Assembly: GCA_937906475.1 (NCBI GenBank)
Contig: CALCZA010000113.1
Coordinates: 12,980 to 76,979 of the forward strand
Direction: 5' to 3'
From: an uncultured bacterium
GTDB taxonomy: Bacteria > Planctomycetota > UBA1135 > UBA2386
DNA: 64,000 nt
Below are positions 37,320 through 45,875 of the stretch, piece after piece. Position numbers and translations under genes: made by a program. The stretch's first letter is position 1, and each line of letters begins with the position of its first letter. The notes below the pieces were generated by a model. The model worked only from the letters and a program-made list of their open reading frames with translations, ran no database searches and was not told the DNA's origin.

Positions 37320-40300
37320 TCAGCTCTTTTCGGCCGCGGCCGCAGCCGCGGCCGCTTCTTCCTTGGCGCGGATGTCGGCTTCGTTGTCGAAGTTGCCTTC
37401 GACGCTCGCATCGCGCGGGCCTTCCGGCACTTCGACTGCTTCGCCCTTGTCCATCCAGATCAGGATTGGCGCGGCGATGTACATCGTCGAGTAGACACCC
37501 GAGAGCATGCCGACCGTCATGGCGAAGGCGAACGCTTCGAGGTCCGAGCCACTGTCGTAGTTCACAATCAGCTGCGCGATGACCACGAACAACGTCAGCA
37601 CCGTCGTCAAGACTGTGCGGGACAGCGTCTGGTTAAGCGAACGGTTGATCAGCGAGCGGAACGACTCGTTGACGTTGTTGCGCGCATTCTCGATCCGGTT
37701 CTCGCGGATCCGGTCGAACACGACAATCGTATCGTTCACCGAATACCCGATAATCGTTAGGAAGCACGCGATCATCGCTAGCCCGATTTCAGCACTGACC
37801 AGCCCCATGTTGTTGAACATGACCACGATCACGAGCGTGACTAGCACGTCGTGGATCAGCGCGACAACGGCCGCGAGACCATACTTGTATTCGTGGAAGC
37901 GAACGCGCAGGTAGAACACGATCAGCGCCCAAGCGAGGATCAGTGCGCCGATCGCGGCATTGCGCAGGTCGTTGACCAAGCGGCCTTGGATTTCCTGGGC
38001 TTCCGGGAAGGGGTCGGACAACACGATGGGGTTCTTGTCGTCGTCTTCCAGGTCAGCGATCTGCTCGCTGACGATCTCGGCAAGCTGCCACTGCTTGGTC
38101 GTCGCCTGGGTGGTCCATTCGACGCGGAAGTTCTGGGCGCTCGTTGTCTCCTGGTCGGCCACCGCTTCTTCGGACATTGGTTTGTCGAGCAACGGCACGA
38201 TCAAGCTATCGCTGAGGCCGCTACCCAGCAGGTTTTGCAGGCGCTTGAGGTCGATCTTGTCCGCGAAGTGCACGATGAGTTGCGCGTATTGCAAGCTCTC
38301 CGGGTTGGTGTCGTGCTCGGTCAGCTTGCCGCCGCTGAACGCTCGCTCGACGAGTTTGCCGGCGAAGATACGGCGCAGTTGGCCGAGGTAGGGCGGTTCG
38401 TAAATGGCGGGCGACGCGCCTTCCGCTCCTTGCTTGCGCAGTTCACGCCAGGCCTTGCGGCCCTTGTCGATTTCTTCGCGCTGCTTGGCGTTCAGTTTGA
38501 GGCGAACGTTGAACTCGTTGCCAGCGTCGCCGTAGGTGTTGACGCCCGTCGTCGGGTAGTCGGCATTGAACGCTTGGTCGTCATTGAGCAACTTGCGAAC
38601 TGCTTCGTCCGTCAGCTTCTCGTTGCAGACCATGCGCAGGTTGGCGCCACCGGTGAAGTCGATGCTGAGCACCTTCTCCGACGGCACCGTCGTCGCGTAG
38701 GCAATGCCGGCGATGATGACGATGGCGCTGAATGCGACGCACAACTTGATCTTGCCGACGAAGTCGACGTTGCGGTTCTCGAACAGCGTGTTGGGCTTCC
38801 AACCTTCGAGCTTCTTGTTCGTCAGCGCCCAGTGGAAGAGCAAGCGCGAGACGAAGAACTGCGTGAAGACCGTCGTGACGATACCGACCATCAGCGTCAC
38901 GGCGAAGCCGCGCACCGGACCGACACCGACGTTGAACAACACCAGGCCGACCAGGAAGGTCGTGATGTTGGAGTCGAGAATGGCCGACATCGCGCGTTCA
39001 AAGCCAGCGCGCACTGCCTGCAGCAGTTCCTTGCCCTTGTTGAGCTCTTCGCGAATGCGCTCGTAGATGAGCACGTTGGCGTCGACGGCCATACCGAGGG
39101 TCAGCACGATGCCGCCCAGACCCGGCAGGGTGATGGTCGCCTGCATGAACAGCATGCCCGCGTAGAGCAGGAACACGTTCAGTAACAAGGATACGCAGGC
39201 GATCATGCCGGCGAGCTTGTAGAAGGCGAGCATGAACAGGAAGACCAGGACGCCACCGCCGACGATCGACCACAGGCCACGCATGATGGCTTGGTCGCCC
39301 AGTTGGGCGCCGATCGTGACTTGGCTCAGCAGTTCCGGCTCGATGCGAAGCGAACCGGTGCGAAGCACCTTGACGAGCTCTTCGACCTCTGAGAGGGTGA
39401 AGTCGCCAGTGATGATGCCGTTGCGATTGATCTTGCTCTGGAAGGTCGGAGCCGACTTGACGTAGCCGTTGAGGATGATCGCGCTTGACTTGCCCTTGTG
39501 CTCCGACGACCAGTCGGCGTATTCGGCGGTCAGCGAGCCGATCATGCGGTAGCTGACGCCGGGGCCGCCGTTATCGCCGACGCCAACACCAACACCACTC
39601 GGGTCGAGATCTTCACCGCTGAAGGATCGCTCCTTCCTGTTGATCGCGATGAACTCGATCAGGCGCTGCTCCTTGATCGCAAGCTTCTGAACCTCTTCCG
39701 GAATCAGACCACCATTGTATTGCAGCGGGTCATACGCAGCGACGGCTTGGCTCGAGAGTCCCGACTGCGGGAGCGAGTCGGGCCTGTCCCAAAGGGTGCG
39801 GTCCTTCGGATTCGAGCGAATCTCGCGCGGGTACCAGTGCAGCTTGCCATGGGCAATCGGGCCGTTAGTGGTGCTCTCGTTGTATCGACGGATGTTCTTC
39901 GGATCCTTGTCGATCAGTTCCTTGTTTGCCGGGACCTTGAGCCACGTCTCGAGACGGGTGCGCTCAGCCGGCAGCTGGAACGTGGTGTTGTCCTTGGTGT
40001 AGTCGTCATAGGCCACCATGCGCATCTCGAGTCGGCCTAGGTTGCCGATTCGTTCGAGCACGCGCTTGAGCTCGTTGGGGTTCTTGAACTCTCCCAACTC
40101 GATCAGGATGCCGGTATCGCCGCTCTGCGTGATCAGCGGATCGAGGGTCCCGTTCGGGTCGATCCGTTCGCGCATGACGGTGACCGTCTGCGCCATGATC
40201 TCGGTGGCGGAGGCTGCTTCCTTTTGGATGAGCCCATCGAGAGTGTCCTTCGGGACGTTGTAGAGCAGCTGGGTGCCGCCCTTCAGGTCTGGACCGAGGG

Positions 40301-40472
40301 TGGGGTCCAGCGACACCCAGCAGGTGGCGCCCGCGATGATCGCGACCAGGACAAGGAGGAACTGACGGTTGGCGTTCTCGAGCATGACGGGCGAGGCCGC
40401 GAAAGGACTGTCGGGGGTGTAGTAGGTGCCTGTGGGTGACGGCCCGCTTGGGGTGTCACGTTTGGGCGGCAA
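37320..40472 (-). CDS. secDF: Fused protein-export membrane protein SecD-SecF
   Basis: 1050 aa. It has two 6-TM RND-like modules separated by and preceded by large periplasmic domains. SecD-like and SecF-like halves are recognisable (GLGGIVLTLGMAVDANVLIYERIREE and IGYSVNDTIVVFDRIREN). Confidence 0.9.
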   Translation of the reverse strand: MPPKRDTPSGPSPTGTYYTPDSPFAASPVMLENANRQFLLVLVAIIAGATCWVSLDPTLGPDLKGGTQLLYNVPKDTLDGLIQKEAASATEIMAQTVTVMRERIDPNGTLDPLITQSGDTGILIELGEFKNPNELKRVLERIGNLGRLEMRMVAYDDYTKDNTTFQLPAERTRLETWLKVPANKELIDKDPKNIRRYNESTTNGPIAHGKLHWYPREIRSNPKDRTLWDRPDSLPQSGLSSQAVAAYDPLQYNGGLIPEEVQKLAIKEQRLIEFIAINRKERSFSGEDLDPSGVGVGVGDNGGPGVSYRMIGSLTAEYADWSSEHKGKSSAIILNGYVKSAPTFQSKINRNGIITGDFTLSEVEELVKVLRTGSLRIEPELLSQVTIGAQLGDQAIMRGLWSIVGGGVLVFLFMLAFYKLAGMIACVSLLLNVFLLYAGMLFMQATITLPGLGGIVLTLGMAVDANVLIYERIREELNKGKELLQAVRAGFERAMSAILDSNITTFLVGLVLFNVGVGPVRGFAVTLMVGIVTTVFTQFFVSRLLFHWALTNKKLEGWKPNTLFENRNVDFVGKIKLCVAFSAIVIIAGIAYATTVPSEKVLSIDFTGGANLRMVCNEKLTDEAVRKLLNDDQAFNADYPTTGVNTYGDAGNEFNVRLKLNAKQREEIDKGRKAWRELRKQGAEGASPAIYEPPYLGQLRRIFAGKLVERAFSGGKLTEHDTNPESLQYAQLIVHFADKIDLKRLQNLLGSGLSDSLIVPLLDKPMSEEAVADQETTSAQNFRVEWTTQATTKQWQLAEIVSEQIADLEDDDKNPIVLSDPFPEAQEIQGRLVNDLRNAAIGALILAWALIVFYLRVRFHEYKYGLAAVVALIHDVLVTLVIVVMFNNMGLVSAEIGLAMIACFLTIIGYSVNDTIVVFDRIRENRIENARNNVNESFRSLINRSLNQTLSRTVLTTVLTLFVVIAQLIVNYDSGSDLEAFAFAMTVGMLSGVYSTMYIAAPILIWMDKGEAVEVPEGPRDASVEGNFDNEADIRAKEEAAAAAAAAEKS

Positions 40473-40527
40473 GCAAGTCTTCTCACGGAGACTTGCTCAC
40501 CATGAGATAGTGGCTGGCATCAGTTGT

Positions 40528-40546
40528 CTGCTGCCGGCGGCAGCAG
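40528..40546 (-). terminator. Candidate hairpin terminator downstream of rplS
   Basis: CTGCTGCC-GGC-GGCAGCAG, an 8-bp GC-rich stem. There is no clear U-tract. Confidence 0.25.
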
Positions 40547-40582
40547 GCTGACTGGCAGCCTTTTGGTTACAGCTGCAGGTTC

Positions 40583-41005
40583 TTATTCGACCGAGGCGGC
40601 ATCGGTGCTCGCCTTGGTGTCCGAAAGGCCGCTGCCAGCACCGCTACGCGGCCACTTCTTCGGACCTAGGTTGCGGGTCAAACGTGTCTTTTTGCCTTCG
40701 CGCTCACGCAGGTAGTAGAGCTTGGCGCGGCGGATGATGCCTCGGCCCTTGACCGTGACGTCGGCGACGCGCGAGCTGTGCAGGGCGAACGTGCGCTCGA
40801 CACCTTCGCCAGCGACGATGCGGCGAACCTTGAACGTCTTGCTGATGCCGTGGCCGTGGAATGCGATGACCGTGCCGGAGAACAACTGCACGCGCTCCTT
40901 CTCACCTTCCTTAATTAGGTAGTGCACGTCGACGGTATCGCCGGCACCGAAGTCGGGGAGCGAGGATTTCATGTGCTCGAGTTCGAGCTGACGCATGATG
41001 TTCAT
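40583..41005 (-). CDS. rplS: 50S ribosomal protein L19
   Basis: DFGAGDTVDVHYLIKEGEKERVQLFSGTVIA...FKVRRI...GVERTF. There is a C-terminal low-complexity extension. Confidence 0.95.
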   Translation of the reverse strand: MNIMRQLELEHMKSSLPDFGAGDTVDVHYLIKEGEKERVQLFSGTVIAFHGHGISKTFKVRRIVAGEGVERTFALHSSRVADVTVKGRGIIRRAKLYYLREREGKKTRLTRNLGPKKWPRSGAGSGLSDTKASTDAASVE

Positions 41006-41090
41006 TATTCTGTCTCTTAGTAGTTTGACGGCGTGCTTTGCGGCTCGGTCGTCGGGCTTTGGGTAGCCGGGCTTCGGATAGTTGTATGAG

Positions 41091-41801
41091 CTAGGTGTTG
41101 TCTGAGTTGGCTGGACGTTGCTCCGCAGAACGTTTCTGCGCGGTCAACAATTCAGCCTGCTCCTGACGCCAGCGTGCGACTTTGGCGTGGTCGCCCGACA
41201 ACAATACGTCGGGAACGGCCATGCCGCGAAACTCACGCGGACGAGTGTACTGCGGGTAATCGAGCCATTCGGTTTCGAACGACTCGAGTTGGGCGGACTC
41301 GGCACAGCCAAGCACCCCAGGGATCAGCCTTACCGCGGCTTCGAGAACGGCCATGGCTGGGAGTTCACCGCCGGCCAACACAAAGTTGCCTAGCGATATT
41401 TCCTCGTAGCCACCAGCAGAGCTGGTTAGACCGTCCCGGATGCGTTCGTCATAACCTTCGTAGCGACCGCACAAGAACATCACCCGCTCCATGCGGCTGA
41501 GTTCCCGCGCGCGCGCCTGGTCGAAGGTTCGACCGCGGGGGCAGAGCAGGATCTTGTGGAACGGGCCGTGAGCCTGTTCCACGTCATCTATAGTTGCAAA
41601 GATCGGTTCCGGTTTGAGCACCATGCCAGGTCCACCACCAAACGGTCGATCGTCGACCGTTCGATGAGGGTCCAGAGCGTTGTTTCGGAAGTCGACTAAG
41701 TCGAGCCGAAGCTTGCCCTGGGCCTGAGCTATCCCGAGGATGCTCTCGTCCAAGTAAGGCCGGATGGCCTCCGGAAAGAGTGTCAGAATGGCGCAGTGCA
41801 A
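41091..41801 (-). CDS. trmD: tRNA (guanine37-N1)-methyltransferase
   Basis: MHCAILTLFPE..., RTVDDRPFGGGPGMV, LCGRYEGYDERI and SLGNFVLAGGELPA. Confidence 0.9.
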   Translation of the reverse strand: MHCAILTLFPEAIRPYLDESILGIAQAQGKLRLDLVDFRNNALDPHRTVDDRPFGGGPGMVLKPEPIFATIDDVEQAHGPFHKILLCPRGRTFDQARARELSRMERVMFLCGRYEGYDERIRDGLTSSAGGYEEISLGNFVLAGGELPAMAVLEAAVRLIPGVLGCAESAQLESFETEWLDYPQYTRPREFRGMAVPDVLLSGDHAKVARWRQEQAELLTAQKRSAEQRPANSDNT

Positions 41802-42002
41802 GGTGCCCCTACCGTAAAGAAGGGGTAAGGACGATACGGTTGGGTCTAGGGGCGGTCAAGGCCGGCGAGCGCCGGGCGACAACCGCTTTTTCATGGGCGG
41901 CCTGTAACTGGCACCGTTGAGACCGGATAGTGGCTGCCCGAAGCTGCGGTAGCGGTGGCTCGATTGCGACCCGCACACCAATAGACCACCCCTCCAATTC
42001 CA

Positions 42003-42602
42003 ATGTTCACCGGCCTCGTCCAAGCCCTGGGATCTGTCACTGCCCGCACTGAGGTGCCTGGCGGTCTTCGTCTGCTGGTCGATATTTCCGGCCTCCCGGG
42101 CACGTTTCGCATTGGTGACTCGATTGCCCTGTCCGGGGCATGCTGCACCATTGTGACCCAGGAATCCGGTGTCGCCGAATTCTTCCTCACTCAGGAAACA
42201 CTCGATTGCACGTGGTTGGGCCGGGCAGAGATCGGCCAGGTGCTTAATTTGGAAGGGGCGCTACGGGCGGGCGAACCGCTCGGTGGACATATTGTCCAGG
42301 GCCACGTTGACGGGGTTGGCGAGGTCACCGGGGCCATCGACCCGCAAGGCGGGGGCGAACTGTGGGCGCGCATCCCTGATTCCCTGCAGAAATACTGCGT
42401 AGAAAAAGGCTCGGTGACCCTCGATGGGGTGTCGTTGACGATTGCCGGCCAGAAGGCAGGTGCGGTTCGCATCGCGATCATCCCACATACGGCGCAGCAG
42501 ACTTCGCTTGGCGGCCGGGCGGTTGGCGAACCAGTTCACGTCGAGGTCGATGTGCTGGCCAAGTATGTCGAGAGCATGCTGTCGCAGCGCGGCCTGACAT
42601 AG
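42003..42602 (+). CDS. ribE: Riboflavin synthase
   Basis: MFTGLVQALG start. Two lumazine-binding repeats (GDSIALSGACCT / GSVTLDGVSLT). Confidence 0.9.
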   Translation: MFTGLVQALGSVTARTEVPGGLRLLVDISGLPGTFRIGDSIALSGACCTIVTQESGVAEFFLTQETLDCTWLGRAEIGQVLNLEGALRAGEPLGGHIVQGHVDGVGEVTGAIDPQGGGELWARIPDSLQKYCVEKGSVTLDGVSLTIAGQKAGAVRIAIIPHTAQQTSLGGRAVGEPVHVEVDVLAKYVESMLSQRGLT

Positions 42603-42631
42603 GGGCGGGGCTTGGCGACGAGGATCGCTGC

Positions 42632-43114
42632 ATGCCCGAGAGCATCGCTTCGGTTGCCGACAGGAAGGCGGCGCACGGCTACGATGTCGGGCACGTGCCC
42701 GATTCGAGCGAACATCCACTGGTGCTGTTTGATGGTGATTGCAACCTGTGTCACAGGTCGGTGCAGTTCCTCTTGCAGCGGGATCGCGTCGGGCGCTTTC
42801 GGTTTGCGTCGCTGCAGTCGCAGGCAGGGCGTGATGCGATCGCCGCGGTGGCGCATGGTGATCTGCCGGACAGCATCATGCTGATTCGCGGCGGCAAGCT
42901 GAAAGTGAAGTCGACGGCTGCGCTGGCGATCGCACGCGGGTTGCGGTTTCCGTGGCCGCTGGTCTCGGTGTTCTGGCTCGTGCCCTATCCGCTGCGAAAC
43001 CTTGTCTACGACTGGGTCGCGCGCAACCGCATTCGTTGGTTTGGCAAGCGCGAAGAGTGTTGGGTGCCGACGCCAGAGTTGCGGGCCCGCTTCCTCGACG
43101 CTGACGAACGGTAG
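42632..43114 (+). CDS. Thiol-disulfide oxidoreductase, DCC family (DUF393)
   Basis: VLFDGDCNLCHRSVQFLLQRD...FRFASLQS is the DCC-family signature. Confidence 0.75.
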   Translation: MPESIASVADRKAAHGYDVGHVPDSSEHPLVLFDGDCNLCHRSVQFLLQRDRVGRFRFASLQSQAGRDAIAAVAHGDLPDSIMLIRGGKLKVKSTAALAIARGLRFPWPLVSVFWLVPYPLRNLVYDWVARNRIRWFGKREECWVPTPELRARFLDADER

Positions 43115-43155
43115 GCTGGCAACGTGCTGAGTTGGCGCGCAGCCTGCGGCACGTC

Positions 43156-44316
43156 CTAGAACGCGCCGAATAAGACCTGCACGAAATTGCTGATCGGTGC
43201 CGCTTCGCGAGCATCTTCGATCGCGCGGGAAACCTGCGTCAGGATGCGACGGAAGCGAACCGCCAGGTCTTCTTCGTTGATCAGTGCCCCGAGCAGACCC
43301 TTACGCTGAGTGAGTTGCGCGCTGACTATGTTGAGGTTGGCGATCGTCTCCTTCAAGTGCTTGGCCATCTCCGGATCGCTAGAGATTGCGCCGAGTGCGC
43401 CAGCGTTGGGGTCGTTGGCCTTCTTCAGCACCGTGTTCAGGTTCTCGACGATCGATGCGAACTCGCCAGCAAGTTTGTCGTCGGTCAGGATGCGGCCGAG
43501 CATGCCTTTGCCATCGCGCGAGTCGGCAATCAACCGGTCGACGTTGTCGAGGATGCCCTGCAGGTTACGCGCCGCATCCTTGTCGTTGAGCAAAACGCCG
43601 AGTGGCCCATCGGTTCGTAGCAGGTTGTCGCTGACCATGCGCACATTGGCGAGCAGCGCCATCGTGTCTTCGGCCGTCTGCTTGTTCATGATCAAGGTGC
43701 CGAGCGCGCCTTCGGCGTTGGTAACCGCTTCGAAGATGCGGTTGGCGTTGTTGAACGTGCTGAGCAAGCTGTCGTAGAGTTCGCGGCTGGTCGCAATGCG
43801 ACCGATCGACGTCTCCGGATCGTTCATGTTGCGGAAGAAGTCGCCGATCTCATTGAGCGAGGAGTTTAGCGATTCGCCAACCGCGCCTTTGCCATCGGCG
43901 ATGTTGCCGAGCTTGTCGAACGCACTGCCCGCGACCTTGCCCAGTAGATCTTCGCCGGCGGCGAGCGCTTTGCCCTTGCCCGGGTCGATGTAGATCTGTT
44001 TGCCGCCGAGCACGCCGTCGTCGCGCACTTCGATCAGGTGGCCGTCTTTGAGCGGGATCTTCTCGCGCAGCAACAACTGCATCCTCACTGGCGTGTCGAC
44101 GCGGTCGTATTGGATGTCGATGGCGCCGACTTTGCCGATCTTCTTGCCGAGCACCATTACGTTGGTGCCAACGTCACAGCTGCCCGCTTGCGGGAAGTAG
44201 ACGTCGATCTTCTCACTCAGTGACAAGTCGGTCAGGTTGACGGTTGCCCAGAGCAGAAAGCCCAGCGTGCCGAAGAAGACGAAGCCGAGCAGGGTGTCGC
44301 GTTTGATGCGGTCCAT
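43156..44316 (-). CDS. MlaD/Mce-family substrate-binding protein with a long repetitive C-terminal helical extension
   Basis: The start at 44316 gives MDRIKRDTLLGFVFFGTLGFLLW (TM anchor), followed by an MCE domain (VMVLGKKIGKVGAIDI). Six repeats of about 35 aa of the xGxLGxLxxD type follow. The listed start at 44469 overlaps mlaF and is Arg-rich. Confidence 0.8.
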   Translation of the reverse strand: MDRIKRDTLLGFVFFGTLGFLLWATVNLTDLSLSEKIDVYFPQAGSCDVGTNVMVLGKKIGKVGAIDIQYDRVDTPVRMQLLLREKIPLKDGHLIEVRDDGVLGGKQIYIDPGKGKALAAGEDLLGKVAGSAFDKLGNIADGKGAVGESLNSSLNEIGDFFRNMNDPETSIGRIATSRELYDSLLSTFNNANRIFEAVTNAEGALGTLIMNKQTAEDTMALLANVRMVSDNLLRTDGPLGVLLNDKDAARNLQGILDNVDRLIADSRDGKGMLGRILTDDKLAGEFASIVENLNTVLKKANDPNAGALGAISSDPEMAKHLKETIANLNIVSAQLTQRKGLLGALINEEDLAVRFRRILTQVSRAIEDAREAAPISNFVQVLFGAF

Positions 44317-44348
44317 GTGGATGTGTTGATCGGGAGTGCGGGTTGCTG

Positions 44349-45077
44349 TTAGTCGGAGCCCATGCCCATGAAGGCGCGGGCTAGTGGGTGGTCGCTGTTG
44401 GTTATCTCGTCGACGCTGCCTTCGATGCCAATGCCGCCACCTTCGAGGATGCCGATGCGATCGCCACACTGCGTCGCACAGGCGCGCGAATGCGTGACGA
44501 TCAATCCGGTCACCGATAGGGTGTCGCGGACTTCGGCGATCAGTTCGTGGATCTGATGGCTGATGATTGGATCGAGGCCGGCGTTTGGTTCGTCGTAGAG
44601 CACGTACTCGGGGTTGGTCACCAGCGCGCGCGCCAAGCCAGCACGCAGCTTCATGCCGCCGGAGATGTCCGGTGGACCCTGCTTCGCGGCGTGGTCCATG
44701 CCGACCAGTTTGAGCACTTCGTGCACGCGGTCATCGACTTCGGACTTTGAGATGCGACTGTGTTCTCTGAGCGGCAGGGCCACGTTGTCACCGACCGACA
44801 GCCAGTTGATCAGGGCACCGTTTTGGAACAGGTAGCCCATGCGTTTACGCAACGCCATCAGTTGCTTCTGATCCATCGCCGGCACGTCTTGGCCGTCGAC
44901 ATAGACGTTGCCCTGGTCTGGCTTGAAGATGCCGATGACGTGCTTGAGGGTGACGCTCTTGCCAGTGCCGGATGGACCCATCAGCACGTAGTTCACGCCC
45001 TTCGGAATCTTGACGCTCAGGCCCTTCAAGATGTCTCGGTCGCCCAGCCGCTTATGCACGTTTTGCAGTTCGATCAT
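44349..45077 (-). CDS. mlaF: ABC transporter ATP-binding protein, MlaF-type
   Basis: Walker A GPSGTGKS, signature ISGGMKLRAGLARAL and Walker B VLYDEPNAGLDP. Confidence 0.85.
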   Translation of the reverse strand: MIELQNVHKRLGDRDILKGLSVKIPKGVNYVLMGPSGTGKSVTLKHVIGIFKPDQGNVYVDGQDVPAMDQKQLMALRKRMGYLFQNGALINWLSVGDNVALPLREHSRISKSEVDDRVHEVLKLVGMDHAAKQGPPDISGGMKLRAGLARALVTNPEYVLYDEPNAGLDPIISHQIHELIAEVRDTLSVTGLIVTHSRACATQCGDRIGILEGGGIGIEGSVDEITNSDHPLARAFMGMGSD

Positions 45078-45080
45078 CGC

Positions 45081-45875
45081 TTAGGCCAGGAAGTAGAAGA
45101 ACCACGTGATCACGAAGCCGAGCACGATGATCAGCAACACCGAGTTGCGCACCGCGGTCTGCACCGCGAGTCCAACACCGAGTGCGCCGCCGCGAGCCTT
45201 CAAGCCCGCCGCGCAGCTGACGCTTGCGATGGCGATGCCGAAGATGAACGACTTGAGCAGGCCGACGTAGACTTCCTTCGGCAGTAGCATGCCGGACGAA
45301 GTCAGCGATTCGATTGCGCCGACCCAATAGAGGTCGGGGCTGACGCCGAGATTCTGTTCGGCGATGACGCTGCCGCCGTAGATGCCGATCAGGTTGGATA
45401 GCACGGTCAGGATCGGGCACATCAATGCGAGGGCGACGACGCGAGGTAGTACCAAGTAGTCGATGGGATCGATCGACATGACTTCGAGTGCATCGATTTC
45501 ATCCGACACCTTCATGGTGCCTAGTTCAGCCGCAATCGCGGAGCCGACCGTTGCCGCCAGGATGACACCGGTGATGAACGGGCCCATCTCACGGCACATC
45601 GACAGTGCCGTGATGGTGCCGAGCACGCTGGTGTTACCGAACTTGCGCAGTTCGATGCCGGTCTGCATCGCGAGGATGGCTCCGGCGAACGCGGCAACCA
45701 CGAGCGTCACTGGCAGTGCCCGCACGCCAGCATTGAATCCGTTGTCGAGCAGGAAGCGCAGTCGCCGCGGTAACCGGGGCAAGCAGAGCAACGTGCGCAG
45801 CATCAAGTTGACGACGTAGCCCGCACCTTGCGATCGTTCGGCGAAGAAGCGGGTTGTGCTTGCTAGCGGATTCAT
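45081..45875 (-). CDS. mlaE: ABC transporter permease, MlaE-type
   Basis: 264 aa with a polytopic MlaE/YrbE-like layout. It lies 3 nt upstream of mlaF. Confidence 0.85.
   Translation of the reverse strand: MNPLASTTRFFAERSQGAGYVVNLMLRTLLCLPRLPRRLRFLLDNGFNAGVRALPVTLVVAAFAGAILAMQTGIELRKFGNTSVLGTITALSMCREMGPFITGVILAATVGSAIAAELGTMKVSDEIDALEVMSIDPIDYLVLPRVVALALMCPILTVLSNLIGIYGGSVIAEQNLGVSPDLYWVGAIESLTSSGMLLPKEVYVGLLKSFIFGIAIASVSCAAGLKARGGALGVGLAVQTAVRNSVLLIIVLGFVITWFFYFLA

Noticed and set aside
37851-39185. 444-aa plus-strand ORF inside secDF. The 360-aa ORF at 36500-37582 translates the hexamer repeat as SQSQSQNQSQSQ.
   Set aside because: Both are antisense or out of frame relative to nadB/secDF. 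Their composition is dominated by Arg/Ala/Val/Gln runs. The SQ-repeat is just the intergenic hexanucleotide repeat read through.
41830-41960. FMN (RFN) riboswitch upstream of ribE.
   Set aside because: The leader can form two hairpin domains (CGGUUG/CAACCG and GGGCGGCC/GGCUGCCC). GCACCGUUGAGACCGGAUAG weakly recalls the RFN block GCCGACnGUnAnAGUCCGGAUG. However, the GGGUGAAAUUCCC and AGCCCGCGAGC blocks are missing, and the element would be too short. cmsearch with RF00050 would settle it.
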